Below are positions 38,411 to 52,629 of a DNA stretch of 64,000 nt, piece by piece. This DNA comes from Octopus vulgaris (lineage: Eukaryota): assembly GCA_951406725.2 (NCBI GenBank), contig OX597831.1, positions 72,726,001-72,790,000 on the forward strand, read 5' to 3'. The notes under the pieces were generated by a model that saw nothing but the letters and a program-made list of their open reading frames with translations, did not search any database and had not been told where the DNA came from. The position numbers and the translations under genes were made by a program. The first letter of the stretch is position 1, and the number at the start of each line of letters is the position of its first letter.

Positions 38411-39333
38411 TATCAGTGTATGAGATAATAGTTCTGGGCTGCAGCAAATCTTATTCTGTGTCAGTTATTCAGATAATTGGCGCTACCATTGCCATTACCA
38501 TTGTTATTGCACTGAAAATAATCCAACTGAGTTTTTTGCGTTGTTTTTGTTTTTATTTTAGAATATTTTGAAATGACAAAGTGTGTGTACAAATGTATAA
38601 ATATAAATGTGTGTGTGTGTGTGTTTTGTAACTTGCATGTATGTTTTTCTCTGTGTGTGTATGTATATTTGTAAGTTTGTGCGTGTATCTATATATGTGT
38701 GTTTATAAATAGATGTAACTGTATGTTCAATTCTATGCATGTATAGAGGTATGTGTGTGTTTGTGTGTGCATGTATATATGTCTCATCAGCCACACCAGC
38801 ATCCCCAACACTACCCCTCCACCACCACCACCACCCAAAACCTTTAACATGGAATTCTAGTTTCCAAAAATCCTCACTTCTTCCCTTGAATTCGCAACAG
38901 CACCCTTATATTCTTACTTTCCCAAAACCCCTTAAACTCTGTATCAGATTTTACTGTGTGGCCCCCTATTCAATGGGTCTTTTCCCTTCTCTTGTCACTT
39001 CATAGGCCTTTGTACCCCCCCTCCAGGGACCCTCACACTCCAACCTACCACTGCCACCCCTTTCCCTATGCTAAATAATATTTTGCATAGAGAAAGGGAC
39101 AAACCTTATGCCCACCCCTATCCTCTGCAAGCTTCCCCTGATGTCTACATTGTACTCCGGAACAATTCAATCTAAACATTAACTGCTTAGCCTCTCCAAG
39201 TTCGACCTTCTCTCCCTCAGTCTAAGACAGCCCCACAACTATTGTTCTGCCATTTTGAAGACAAACAGAGGTAGTTTCCATTTGTTAAACTCTATAAAGG
39301 CCCATTATGTGTATACACACACACACACACACA

Positions 39334-39402
<69 letters not shown>

Positions 39403-39524
39403 CACTCACATGTGTGTGTTTATATGTACGTGTGTGTATATTTATGTGTATGTGTGTATGTATATATTTGCATACATGTTTATGAATATATGCGTATGTA
39501 CACACACACACACATATATATATG

Positions 39525-39566
<42 letters not shown>

Positions 39567-39573
39567 ACTATGT

Positions 39574-39604
<31 letters not shown>

Positions 39605-41004
39605 AATGCCTATATGTACATATATAAGTCTGTATGTATATGTCTTTTTCCAATATTTATCAGTGAAAGACCTAAAACATCAATAAGAAACCTAAAAGAA
39701 ACATATTTGTTTTGCACTTGGTTACAACCACTCCCTTGTCATTTGTGTTCCCAGACATGCAGTGAACCAATAATTGATTCATCCAAAGATCAACCATTGC
39801 CGACACCTGTTCATCCCAACAAAAGATTTTCGAACGAGAACCTCCATGTTTATTTGTTTGTTTCTATGTTTTTGATATTTACAAGGGTGCCTTTGTAGTC
39901 ATCCAGCTTGCTAGAAAGAAATACCTGGCAAACGTCCCTCAAATCACAGTAAATCATGTTAAAAGGTGAAGAACGTATTGGAAAATACAGTCTTTGGACG
40001 TGATGGTCATGCCTGGAACACCTCTGCTCACACAGTGCAACCTTGATCGTTGTTGACCAACCCCACAAAAATTTTATATTTAAAGAATTTATTCCCATCT
40101 TCTCCCATCCGTTCCAAAGAGTTAATCCCTTCATTTTCCTAAGCAAATTCTTTTCTTTAACTAAAATTCCCCAGAAGCCTGACAGCAAACCTCAGCAGAA
40201 TTGACCTGAAGCCTTTCTTTGTGTGTTGTGAGTGAGTGAGGCCCTACCTATGTACTGACACACTCACACACACACACATATATATATATACATATACATG
40301 TATATATATACACATATACATATATATATATACACATATATACATATAAATGTATATATACACATATATACATATAAATGTATATATACACATATATACA
40401 TATATATACATATATATATATCTACATATATATACATACATATATATATATATCTACATATATATACATACATATATATACACATATATATACATACATA
40501 TATATATTCATATATATATATATACATACATATATATATTCATATATATATACATACATATATACATACATATATACATATATATATATACATATATATA
40601 CACACATATATATACACATACATATATATATATACATATATATATATATACATATATACATACATATATACATACATACATACACATATATACATATATA
40701 CACACACACATATACATATATATATATATACATATATATAGGGGTAGGCATGCTGTATCTTGTTTCCATCAACCTAGACCCACCAATAAATAGAACAATC
40801 CTACTGTTTGTGGAAATTTCATGCATGCAGCCATGAAATAAAGGATGGAAGAAGAATAAATGGGGGGGGGGCAGAATGGCAACAGCAGCGGCGGTGCAGG
40901 AGGGGGGAGGGGGGTGCTCAGTAGAGAGGACTGGGACAATCACTTTCAGTGGTGGCAGTGGGAGCCCCCACCCCACAGTTCCCAATTGTAGCTGAGTCTG
41001 CACT

Positions 41005-41035
<31 letters not shown>

Positions 41036-41122
41036 GCTCTTGTTTATGGCCCACTTAGGTTCAATCTATGAATGTCAAAATCATTAGAATAAAAAACTTC
41101 TGTGGTCAGACATCAATTGGAA

Positions 41123-41155
<33 letters not shown>

Positions 41156-41714
41156 GCTTTCACTTCTTTTTCTCTCTCTCTCTCGTTCTCCCCTTCCCCC
41201 CTCTCTCTCTCGTCATTGAATTTTAAATCTCTTGTCAACTGTGACATAATAGACTTGACATATAGGGTGGGTGTGTGTGTGTATGTGTGTGTGTATGTGT
41301 GTGCGTGCACACAAACATTTATTATATACATGTGTTCGTGTTTGTGTCTGTGTATATATGCATGTGTATATAGGCATGTGTGCGTGTATATGAGTATATA
41401 CATACAAACGCAATCGCACATTCATGCACATGTGTGTGTGTGTGTGTGTGTGCATGCTTGTGTGTGTGGGGATGTACATGTGTATGTATGTGTATATACA
41501 TACAAACGCAATCGCACATTCATGCACATACATGTGTGTGTATGTGTGTGTGTTTGTGTGTGTGCATGCTTGTGTGTGGAGGGATGTACATGTGTATGTA
41601 TGTATATATACATACTCTTACATTCACATATGCTGAAGCACTAAACACCAATAAAATATGTGCAAGGGGTGGAGCCTGAGTAATTCCTGATTTTGGGTAG
41701 AAAAAAAAATGCAG

Positions 41715-41975
41715 GAGGGCCCCTGTGCAGGTGGCACGTAAAAGGCACCATTTGAGTGTGGCCAATGCCAGAGGCGCCTGACTGGCCTTCGTGTAAAAAG
41801 CACCCCCTACACTCTCAGAGTGGTTGGCATTAGGAAGGGCATCCAGCTGTAGAAACTTTAGCAGATCAGATTGGAGCCTAGTGCAGCCTTCTGGCTTGCC
41901 GGCTCTCAGTCAAACCGTCCAACCCATGCCAGCATAGAAAGCAGACATTAAAAGAAGAAGATGATGATGATGATG
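41715..41975 (+). mobile_element. RTE 3'-UTR/tail fragment
   Basis: ggtggcacgtaaaaggcacc ... ccaacccatgccagcat ... (gat)n. Confidence 0.8.
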
Positions 41976-42112
41976 ATTCCCCTCTCAGATTCACATATTT
42001 ATTGCATTGGCCCTTCAGTTTTTCTCAGCCCTTTTAACAGAACTCAGAAGGCTGGGCTTCCAATCAGGGCCTTTCATGATACCCTCAAAGCCAGGAACCT
42101 TTCAGCCCTTTC
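41976..42112 (+). mobile_element. Mariner-like MITE fragment
   Basis: Overlaps in sequence with 49330-49473 (opposite strand); shared terminal motif aaagccaggaac.tttca. Confidence 0.55.
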
Positions 42113-42552
42113 TCAAGTAAGATGTGAAGTCAACTTCTAAGCCTGTGTTTTTTATAGTAAACACACATTTCACGTTACTGTGAAATGTAGACATTGTTGT
42201 TAGATCCTAATAAAGCAACCAAGTGGAAATTCCTGAAATGGAGCACATTGTCTCCTGATGATGCCATAAACCTGATAGCGTCAGGTGTGGGCAGATTTCA
42301 ACAAGTAACACCTGCAATTGGTTTGCAAATAAACGTTCTCGAGTTGCATTTATTTTGATTATTCAGGAATTATTGAGAAATATGAGAAGTGTTTGTTGGG
42401 ATTAACAGGTGCAATCATTAAGAGTGTCAGAGAAAATGCCTTGTGGTATTTGTACTGGCATTTTACGATCTGGGTTAAAATCCCACTTGGCCTTTTGTCT
42501 TTCCAGAGTCAATAAAAGTTTTATTAAAGTATTACAATGGGAACAATCTTAC

Positions 42553-42933
42553 AAACAATAACTCTGAGCACCTTTTCAAACTCCACCCGTCTAACACCTG
42601 TGGACATATTTACAAAGTCAGAAAACAGCACAGCTCCCATGACTTTAGGAAACATTTTTTCACGCTGAGAGTAGCTGAAGCATGGAACAAACTGCCGGCA
42701 TCAGATGTTAGTTGTCGGAGCACTGCATCCTTCGAAACTTCCATGCTTCCTGAGATTCGCCAACACTACACCTGATTTTCTCTCCTCCATACACACACAA
42801 GCATGTATCTGACTCATACATTGTTCGCTTTCCAGACATTTGTACATTACTGCATATACTTTATATGCACTTTTTGACAAGTTGTGGTGCACCTGAGCAC
42901 TGTATACAATAATTTCATTATTATTATTATATT
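42553..42933 (+). mobile_element. CR1/L2-group LINE 3' end with (ATT)n tail
   Basis: HLFKLHPSNTCGHIYKVRKQHSSHDFRKHFFTLRVAEAWNKLPASDV matches the CR1-type T(R)GH..K....R..FF..RV...WN.LP motif. Confidence 0.85.
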
Positions 42934-43432
42934 GCTCAAAGCCCTCCTTCAAAATTGTTGGCCTGGAGGAGGAGGAGAAGGAGGAGGAGGAGGGAAGGGG
43001 TGGAGGTTATTCCAGTCTTGTACCTATGCCTCTCAAGCATCCCAGAACCACTTGTCTTTTCATTCTGTTCTATCCCTGATGCATCCCCCACTCCTTTCTC
43101 CACACGCATCACTATGCCCATTCCTTCTTCCCCACAAAAACCTTCCCTCTGAAGTTTCATGCTCTGCTTGTGTCTTTCCTACTGCAGTTGAAATGAAATG
43201 AAGTGTTAGTGGCATCAAACTCACTGATCTGAGAAGGGCCTGTAAGGGACATGGGGTTCTGCCCCTTCCTCGAAACTCAGCAAGAAAAGAAAAGGAGAAG
43301 GGGGGAAAGAAAGAAAAAGAAAGAAAAGAGACAGAAAAGACCAAAAGAGGTGGGGCAGGGGGCAGATAAAGAAGAAAGTAAAAAACAGAAAGAAAAACAT
43401 GAAGCAGAGAACAAAAAATACTAGGCTACTAA

Positions 43433-43749
43433 TCTATATATATAAAGATGAGAATGTGTGTCTGTCTGTCTGTGTGAATCCCTAAAACTTGAGAACTACA
43501 CAACCAATTTCATTCATATTTTGCACATGCCTTACTTAGACGTAGTGTCATAGGCCAAAGGAATTTTTCACTTCTTGCCTAGTGTGAGCCCACAGCAATA
43601 TCATATCTTCTCCACTATTTCAGTATTACATGTCAAAAGTGAAACTAACATCTCTCTATTGTAATGTCAGATACTTTCACTTTAATACTGAAACTATTAA
43701 AGTGAAATATTTATCTCACATATATACAGGCATACATACATATATACAA

Positions 43750-43806
<57 letters not shown>

Positions 43807-43846
43807 ACATTTGCACAAATATGTGTGTGTGTGTATATATATATAT

Positions 43847-43877
<31 letters not shown>

Positions 43878-44328
43878 CATGTATATATATATATACATAC
43901 ATGTATATGTATAGATATACATGTCTATGTGTAGATGTGTATATATATATATACACTTGTGTCAGAAATTAATTAGCACTTCTCAAATTTCTACATTAAA
44001 TAAGGTTAAATCAATTAACCTATGAGCTGTTCAAAACGTCTTACGCGATGAGAAAACTTAGTATGGTGTGATTTCGGTCCTTGCGAGGCGCTACCTATAT
44101 CTATTAAACAAAGGAAGATTTGTCTGCATCCGCACTCCAAGTTGTTGCACTGCTATGTCAACATCATAAGGCTGTAGACTCTCAAACTGCTCTGCAAACA
44201 AAGTTACATCATCGTTCTGCGCAACAGTGAACTCACAACAAAGCAACAGTTCGAGATATGGCCACTAGGTGACAGCACATACCTTGAGTGAAGAGCAAAT
44301 CAAGGGTGCTAATTAATTTCTGACGGTA

Positions 44329-44361
<33 letters not shown>

Positions 44362-44415
44362 TGTACATGTAATATGTACACATATATACACATATATGTA
44401 CACATATATACATGC
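43433..44415 (+). mobile_element. Second copy of the 7407-8686 Helitron family, internally deleted, 3' terminus missing
   Basis: 43433-43685 matches 7423-7685, and 44355-44415 matches 8595-8646. Confidence 0.75.
43954..44331. mobile_element. Tc1/mariner-type MITE (TA-flanked, ~26-bp TIRs)
   Basis: gtcagaaattaattagcac (43961-43979) is the exact inverse of 44306-44324; ends TA|cact ... agtg|TA. Confidence 0.85.
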
Positions 44416-44517
44416 ATATCACTGTGTGGTGACTTGGCATGTGTCTTATGCTATAGCCTCAGACCAACCAAAGCCTTGTGAGTGGATTTCATAGACAGAA
44501 ACTGAAAGAAATCAATC

Positions 44518-44548
<31 letters not shown>

Positions 44549-44754
44549 AGTGTATGTGTGTGTCTTTGTCTCTTGTGTTTCTCCCTCATCACTGCCTCAC
44601 AACTGGTGTTCATTTATGTACATCCCCACAACTTACTGGTTTGACAAGAAGAAACTGATAGAATAAGTACCAGGTTTATCAACATGAAAAAAGCACTAGG
44701 CAGTGTCTCATTTTTGTTTGCCCATTCAGTTGTATCTATCAATTTATCTTTTTT

Positions 44755-44823
<69 letters not shown>

Positions 44824-44825
<2 letters not shown>

Positions 44826-45227
44826 GCGCAGGAGTGGCTGTGTGGTAAGTAGCTTGCTAACCAACCACATGGTTCCGGGTTCAGTCCCACTGCATGGCAC
44901 CTTGGGCAAGTGTCTTCTGCTATAGCCCCGGGCCAACCAATGCTTGTGAGTGAATTTGGTAGACGGAAACTGAATGAAGCCTGTCATATATATGTATATA
45001 TATATATATGTGTGTGTGTTTGTGTGTCTGTGTTTGTCCCCCTAGCATTGCCTGACAACCGATGCTGGTGTGTTTACGTCCCTGTCACTTAGCGGTTCGG
45101 CAAAAGAGACCGATAGAATAAGTACTGGGCTTACAAAGAATAAGTCCCGGGATTGATTTGCTCGACTAAAGGCGATGCTCCAGCATGGCCGCAGTCAAAT
45201 GACTGAAACAAGTAAAAGAGTAAAAGA
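44824..45227 (+). mobile_element. SINE family 1, young full-length copy in (TA)n
   Basis: Near-identical to 56898-57312 and 49500-49897. Confidence 0.92.
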
Positions 45228-45249
45228 TATATATATATATATATATATA

Positions 45250-45401
45250 TTTCTTTACTACCCACAAGGGGCTAAACACAGAGGGGACAAACAAGGACAG
45301 ACAAAGCGATTAAGTCGATTCCATCGGCCCCAGTGCGTAACTGGTACTTAATTTATCGACCACGAAAGGATGAAAGGCAAAGTCGACCTCGGCGGAATTT
45401 G
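45250..45401 (-). mobile_element. SINE family 2 (tail B), 5'-truncated
   Basis: Tail and core present. Confidence 0.85.
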
Positions 45402-45468
45402 ATATATTATATATATATATATATATAATAGACACATATATACATGTATGTATATGTGCATATTCATA

Positions 45469-46093
45469 TCTATTATATAAAAGTCAATGTCTTTATGTGC
45501 GTTCGTGTGCTACTTATACATTTGGAAACTGCTGCACCGATCCTAATGAAATTTGGAACACAAAATCCAAGCCTATGGAGAAGGGTAATGTTGTATGTTT
45601 CATACAATTTCATGGACCAAAATTACTGAATGGATCCTTATGATATTTGGAACTTAGATCCAATGCATAAGGGCAGGTATAATGAAATATGTTTGGTTTG
45701 AATTTGAGATGGCTTAAAGGGGACAGAACTCCCATGAAAATTCATAAATTTTCGATGTTGATGAAATTTCAACCATGAGTAATTGACACACATCAATAGT
45801 GGCCTGAACTCCCACATTTTAGAGCTCCATGACCTCCATTTTTCAGGAGCAAAATCCATTTAACAGGTTCCATAAGACTGGAATTTTGGAATCTGTGCAT
45901 AAAGATCAGTAGTATGGGATACATGTGTCATGATTATAATTTTTTTTAGGGTGTGTAAAGAGGGAAATAACCCTCATCTACAATTTTGATGAAATTCGAA
46001 TCAGAGGTATTCCAGTTCATTAGAGAAAATATAACAGAAAAGTCTAATTCTTCAATTGCATGTAACACAGGCAGCGCCAGGTATTTCTGCTAG
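45469..46093 (+). mobile_element. Helitron-type non-autonomous element (different family)
   Basis: 5' A|TCtattatataaaag; 3' caggcagcgccaggtatttctg-CTAG|T. Confidence 0.7.
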
Positions 46094-46724
46094 TTATTTA
46101 TATTTCCAGTATGAAGTAAGTCACATGACTGGGACCATATTATCTAACAGTAGGGGGTCACATGTTCCCTTAGAGCAGTGGGAGATCAAAGATTCCCGAA
46201 CAAACATATTTGGTTAAGTACAAGGAACTGCTACCTACTTTTTCTGGAAACTGGAGACTCCCACCCCAGATAATGTATCCCAAGCCATCAGTAGCAGTAG
46301 TAGTAGTAGGAGGAGGAGGAGGATATGCCCAGATCTCTCATTTTCTTTTATCATATTGGCCCCTAGAAATCGTAATAAGCAGGCAAGCAGCCAGTTTCTC
46401 CTTGAATTCCTACCTACATTCCCACCTGATTTTTCCTTAAGTAACTTCAGTCTCCCATCTGCACTGAACCAAATTCTTTCTCAACCGATTTAGTAATTTC
46501 TTCCTTATATCTGCACTCAGCTAAATTCCTTCCCCGCCAAATTAATCTAAATCCCTCCAGCTACAATATTTCCAAAACATTTTACATTACCAATTCTCTT
46601 ATTCCATATTCTCCAACTTTATTTTCGTCTCACAGACTTCCAGACTTTCCAGTGTACCCCCCCACCACATACACACCCCTCCATTCCACCTACAAAAACC
46701 TTCCTTGCCAATGACAGGTGAAAA

Positions 46725-47050
46725 TGTGTGGCTTAGTGGTCAGGGTATTCAGCTCATGATCGTTAGGTCCTAAGTTCAGTTCCCGGCAATTCACTGTGTC
46801 CTTGAGCAAGACACTTTATTTCACATATGCTCCAGTCCACTCAACTGGGAAAAACGAGTTGTACCAGTAATTCAAAGGGGGGGGGGGGGCAGCCTTGTCA
46901 CATCCTGTTTCACACTGAATCTTCCTCAGAACTACATTAAGGGTTACACATGTCTGTGGAGTTCTCAGCCACTTCCACGTTAATCACACAAGCAGGCTAT
47001 TCCGTTGATCAAACCAGACGGAAGCTTCATCACAGCACCAATGCCGGAGC
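46725..47050 (+). mobile_element. SINE family 3
   Basis: tggcttagtggtcaggg...gttcagttccc...gtgtccttgagcaagacacttt. Confidence 0.85.
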
Positions 47051-47124
47051 CTGCACGGTAAGGAGTCTAAAACGGTGCACCAAAGCACAGCGGCACATGT
47101 CACATGGTGCCTCCAGGTTTCTAT

Positions 47125-47520
47125 CCTTTTCCTTGTTTTAGTCATTGGGTTGTGGCCATGCTGCAGCATCACCTCAAAGGGTTTAGCAAACAAAATCAAC
47201 TCCAGTGCTTATTTTTTAAGCCTGGTATTTATTCTATTATCGGTCTCTTTTGCTGAACTGCTAAGTTACAGGGACAGAAACAGAAACAAACCAACACTGT
47301 CAAGCGATGATAGAGGATAAACACAAAGACACATGCACTTACACACACACACACACACAGTACAACAGGCTTTTTCCAGTTTCCATCAACCAAATACACT
47401 CCCCCAAGGCTTTGTGGGTGGGGTCAGTCCAGCGCTATAACAACAGACACTTGCCCAAAGTGCCATGCAGTGGGCCTGAACCCAAGATCACATGGCTGGG
47501 AAGCAAGTTTGGTTACACAC
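47125..47520 (-). mobile_element. SINE family 1 (old)
   Basis: Diverged reverse copy. Confidence 0.75.
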
Positions 47521-49309
47521 AAGTTTGTTCAAAATTACGTCTGTTTATCCATGTTAGCATGGGTTAGATGAATATACTGTTGAAATATTGTTTCACAGCT
47601 GAAAGTCCTTCTTGTCACCACCAAACACACATTGTGACCAGAGCCAGACTGACCATCAAATAAAATGAGCACAGAGTCAGTGTGGCCACCAAACACAGTT
47701 TCTGAATTTTAATATATAAAAAAAAAAAAACTAGCAAAGAGAATGACCAGACAAACAGCAATCAAATACCTGAGCCTTCCTTATTTTACCTACACAAACA
47801 CACACACCTACATAGACACATACCTGCATATGAACCAATGAAGGAACTTCTACATGATCACTAGCTCTGCTAGAAATAGCAACCTAATAACACCCTACTG
47901 TCTTAGATCACAGTGGGTGATGTAGAGCTGGATTCTCAACATATCAGAAAAAGATGGGATGGTCATAGATGGAATTCTTTTTCTGTTAGATCTGTACTGA
48001 CCTAACTCTCTCTCACACACACACACACACACAAACACACTGAAAAACAGAACTGTACGTATATACATATACGCATGCAGATATACATACATGCACAACT
48101 ACACAAACACACAATGCACACCCACCCACATACACCCAGACATATACACACAAACACAATCCCCACCACATAGAGAAACGCACAACCCCCACATACTTAA
48201 ATACACAACTACACACATATCTATACATACATACATACATACACAGACACCTATAAATACACACATATAAAAACCCCACACAAACATACATATACAAACA
48301 CAAATACACAACCACCCACACAGATCTACACACTCACACACACACAGCCCACCACATACAGACTCCCACATAGTCATATATGCACACACACACACACAAC
48401 CAGTCACACATACACACACACACACAAGCCACATACACAGACACCCATACAAACAGTCATATATGCACACGCGCACACACACACACACACAACCAGTCAC
48501 ACACACACACAACCAGTCACACACACACAACCAGTCACACACATACAACCAGTCACACACACACACACACACAGTCATATATGCACACGCGCACACACAC
48601 AAACGACCAGTCACACACACATACACCCACACACTAGGAAGCACTTTACAACCCACAACCCTATCATATAACACTGCCATAACCCAACTACATGAAATCT
48701 TATATCAAATAAAAAAAATATACAAATAAATAAACAAAGCAAGAAAAATGTTTGGGAGTTTGGGTAATTTGTATCCTTTTCCTCACTTCCTCTGGAAGAA
48801 TGTGAAAGTCTGCAGGTCCTCTGTGGACCATGGCTGTTCTTTCGGAACAGGAAAAAATCTCAAAGACTTTCCTTCTCATAAAATGTTTATTTGGTCAGGA
48901 TTTTTTTTAGTCGAGGTAAATATGTCGTTTATAATTCCCCCCAGTGTCCCGGTCCCTATAGGAACAGATTGGAGGGGAGGGGCCGAGGGAAGTGGGGGTT
49001 GAGTCAAAAGGAAGGGTCACTTAGCCATAACCTTCACCATCTGTGTGATTCGGAAAAAATCAATGATAATGGTTTCACAAGGGCCAGCAATTTTAGGGGA
49101 GGGGATAAAGTTGAGTGCAACGACCCCAGTATTCAACTGGTACTTATTTTATCAATCCTGAAAGGATAAAAGACAAAGTTGAACTCGGCGGAATTTGAAC
49201 TCCAAACGTAAAGTTGGAAGAAATGTTGCTAAGCATTTTTTATTGGCATGGCAACAATTCTGCCAGTTTGTTGCTTTAGAAAAGATCAATAATATTGATG
49301 TTTAGCTTG

Positions 49310-49473
49310 AACACCTGAAAATTGATGTCTTCTTTTACAGAGCATAGAAAAACTGAAGGACCATTGCAATAAGTGTGTGAATCGGAGAGGGGAATATGCT
49401 GAATATAATCATTATTAACTGATCCTCTGGAATTTTCTTTTACCCAAAGCCAGGAACTTTTCATTACCCCCTC
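49310..49473 (-). mobile_element. Mariner-like MITE end
   Basis: Minus strand begins ta-tgagggggtaatgaaaagttcctggcttt next to (TA)n. Confidence 0.55.
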
Positions 49474-49499
49474 ATATATATATATATATATATATATAT

Positions 49500-49894
49500 T
49501 CTCTTTTACACTTTTACTTGTTTCAGTCATTTTGACTGCGGCCATGCTGGAGGACCGCCTTTAATCGAGCGACTTGTTCCTTTGTAAGCCCAGTACTTAT
49601 TCTATCGGTCTCTTTTGCCGAACTGCTAAGTAACGGGGACATAAACACACCAGCATCGGTTGTCAAGCAATGCTAGGGGGACAAACACAGACACACAAAC
49701 ACACACACGCATATATATATATATACACATATACGACGGGCTTCTTTCAGTTTCCGTCTACCAAATCCACTCACAAGGCTTTTGTCGGCCCGAGGCTATA
49801 GTAGAAGACACTTGCCGAAGGTGCCACGCAGTGGGATTGAACCCGGAACCATGTGGTTGGTAAGCAAGCTACTTACCACACAGCCACTCCTGCG

Positions 49895-49897
<3 letters not shown>
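49500..49897 (-). mobile_element. SINE family 1, young copy
   Basis: Full-length reverse complement. Confidence 0.92.
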
Positions 49898-49939
<42 letters not shown>

Positions 49940-49943
<4 letters not shown>

Positions 49944-50650
49944 TCATCATCATCATCGTTTAACGTCCGTTTTCCGCGCTAGCACGGGTTGGACAGTTCG
50001 ACCGGGGTCTGGGAAGCCAGGGGCTGCTCCAGGCTCCAGTCTGATCTGGCAGAGTTTCTATGGCTGGATGCCCTTCCTAACGCCAACCACTCCGCGAGTG
50101 TAGTGGGTGCTTTTTACGTGCCACCTGCACAGGTACCAGAGGGGGTCCGGCATCGGTCACGATTGGTTGGAGCTTTTAACGTGCCAGCGGCACGGAAGCC
50201 AGCCAAGGCGGCGCTGGCAACGTTCGGATGGTCTTTTTATGTGCCACCGGCACAGGAGCCAGTCGGGGCGGCGCTGGCATCGGCCACGTTCAGATGGTGC
50301 TTTTTATGTGCCACCGGCAGAGAAGCCAGTCGGGGGCAGCGCTGGCATCGGCCACGTTCGGATAGTGCTTTTTATGTGCCAACGGCACAGGCATCACAAC
50401 TACTATTTCCATTGATATTTATTTCGACGTTCATGTTCATGTACTTGACTCAACAGGTCTCCTCAAGCACAGTGGGACGTTCTGGGATCCGGGGTACTTT
50501 GAATGGGCAGGGGCTATGCGGAACTGATGCAGGAAGCAGCCCGGGTCTTTGCAGTCACAGCATATCTCCAGAGATCTTGGTCCTTCGCCATTGCCTCAGT
50601 GAGGCCCAACGCTCTGAGGTCATGCTTGACTACCTCATCCCATGTCTTTT
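49940..50650 (-). mobile_element. Young 5'-truncated RTE LINE (ORF end + GC-rich repetitive 3' UTR)
   Basis: Minus strand reads KTWDEVVKHDLRALGLTEAMAKDQDLWRYAVTAKTR; ~5 UTR repeats and a (GAT)n tail. Confidence 0.88.
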
Positions 50651-51185
50651 CGGTGTGAATGTTTTTTTTTCTACGGCACCATTTTCACAATCCTATAAAT
50701 AATAATAATGGTATTTTTATATAAGCTTAAAGCTTATGGCAGTCACCATGCAATGACTAAGGAAAATAGTCAAATAAAGGAGCATATAAGCCCTCAACAG
50801 AAAAAAGAAGGCTTTTCTATCCACATGGGAGTCGAACCCACATCCCTTTATATATATACATATATATACACATATACAGTGTCTACCAAATTCTCTTAAA
50901 GAGAATGAGTTTTCCCAGGGCTATAGTAGAAGACACTTTCCCCAAGATGCTGCACAGCAAGACTGAACCCACAACTCCATGGTTTCAAATCACGCTTCTA
51001 ACCCACACAGTCACGCCAGAATATAAATTAACTACAAAATATTGATATAACCAGAAAAGGCTAATCGCAGATTAAATATACATTTATCAGATATAATTGT
51101 TCAGCTGGCAGAGATAAAAAGAAATCACCTCATATTTTTTTACTTTCCTTTTGGGAATTTCAAAAGAGAAAGAATAATAATAATG

Positions 51186-51234
<49 letters not shown>

Positions 51235-51254
51235 TGATGATGATGATGATGATT

Positions 51255-51965
51255 TCTTTATTAAATTCAAGGGTTTACATTAAGAAAAACATTACGGACA
51301 GTACAGGACAAAACAAAGAATATGTGTGTGAGGATTTTGCATGTAGACAAGACTAACAAAATTATTAAAAAAAAAAAAAAACGAAATCAACAATGTTTAA
51401 TCCTCAATAGGGAGGAGACATTCAAGGGCTGCTCATGGAAAAACCTCATACAAAAAACCATGAGTACCCTGAGTTTTGGGGCAGGTGCCTTTTTTCTTTC
51501 CTTTTTTCCAACTATAGGCATATGGTTGGGGCAGGCCCGTTCACCCGCACCATTCTCACCCCTTTCATCCACTTTTCAATAAACTGGCTAGAAGACAACA
51601 CTTCCCTCTCTCCCCTTATTTTCTTTTTCAAGTGAAACTTGAAGAACTTCATCAGGAATTGGCCAAAGAGAAAACTGCTTGTCTTCAGCTTTTCAGTCTC
51701 GTCCACCACACAAGCTCTATTGCCATGGTCACCAGGCATATGAACACAGCCTTTCCTTCCCATAAAAGATAACACACAAACTACGTGACTACATGAATGA
51801 TGCAGCCCTCCTGATACAGGAGAACTCCAGGGCCAACCAACAAATCCTACAGATCCAAGATCCCCCTGACCACCAGAGGGCACAGCTTTTGCCCAACCAT
51901 TGTACTCCAATCGAAAGGCATATGCTTAGAGTAGCTCCATTCACCCTGACCCTTTTGGGAAAGCA
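51255..51965 (-). mobile_element. Decayed probable L1/Tx1-like LINE 3' end
   Basis: Broken frames EGKAVFICLV..ELVWWTRLK and KKKIRGEREVLSSSQFIEKW; ends aataaag at a microsatellite. Confidence 0.45.
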
Positions 51966-52629
51966 CTTCCCTCTCCAACCAGATTTTGGCACAAGACCAG
52001 CAATTTTTGGTGGCAGTGGGAGTCAAATACATCAACCTCCTGAAAGGATGAAAGACAAAGTTGGCCCTTTAGCGGGATTTAAAGTCCTGTTTTATCGTCT
52101 GGTAGAAGACATTGTCATATATAGGACAGTTTGGCACAATGTCTTTTTTCTCATGAGATGATAGTGTTTGCAAACCTGGCAACCCCAAGCTGCCAAACCA
52201 CAAAGTAAGGAGGAGGAGGAGGAGGAGGAGGAGGAGGGGGAGGAGGAATAGATGAGAAAATAAGGCAGAAAAAGAATGAAAACTAATAAACAGAAAGTAA
52301 AAAAAACTAAAGAGATTTGAAAATGACAGCAACAGCAACAGCAACAACAAGTGTTCTTCCAATCTTGTTAAGGAATTTGAAAAGCTAAAAACAGAAACAA
52401 CAACAAAATTGTGTTTGAAAGCAAAAAGAATATTAAATCCAGAAATGGAAATCCAAACTGAAACTTCATGTAGAAGCAAGACTGAAACGGTTTCTTAGTA
52501 ATGTTCTGGAAGCAATGAGCATAAGGGTGTGGTGCCAATAACAGCGCCCCCTGCGGAGACCATAACAGCAAACATTTGGAATTAAAACTAATATGGTAGC
52601 AATTCAGAAACTGATGTGGTTGGGGATTG

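Noticed and set aside
42250-42305. ctgatga-tgcc...ggca hammerhead-like start
   Set aside because: GAAA and stems I and III are missing; at most a decayed remnant.
44824-44900. SINE heads as genuine tRNA genes
   Set aside because: No complete cloverleaf, and they run directly into SINE bodies.
48748-49040. Coding-like stretch
   Set aside because: Stops interrupt the plausible frames and no motif is recognisable; probably old LINE debris, not classifiable by eye.
49989-50702. 237-aa ORF
   Set aside because: Antisense reading of a GC-rich RTE 3' UTR and ORF end.
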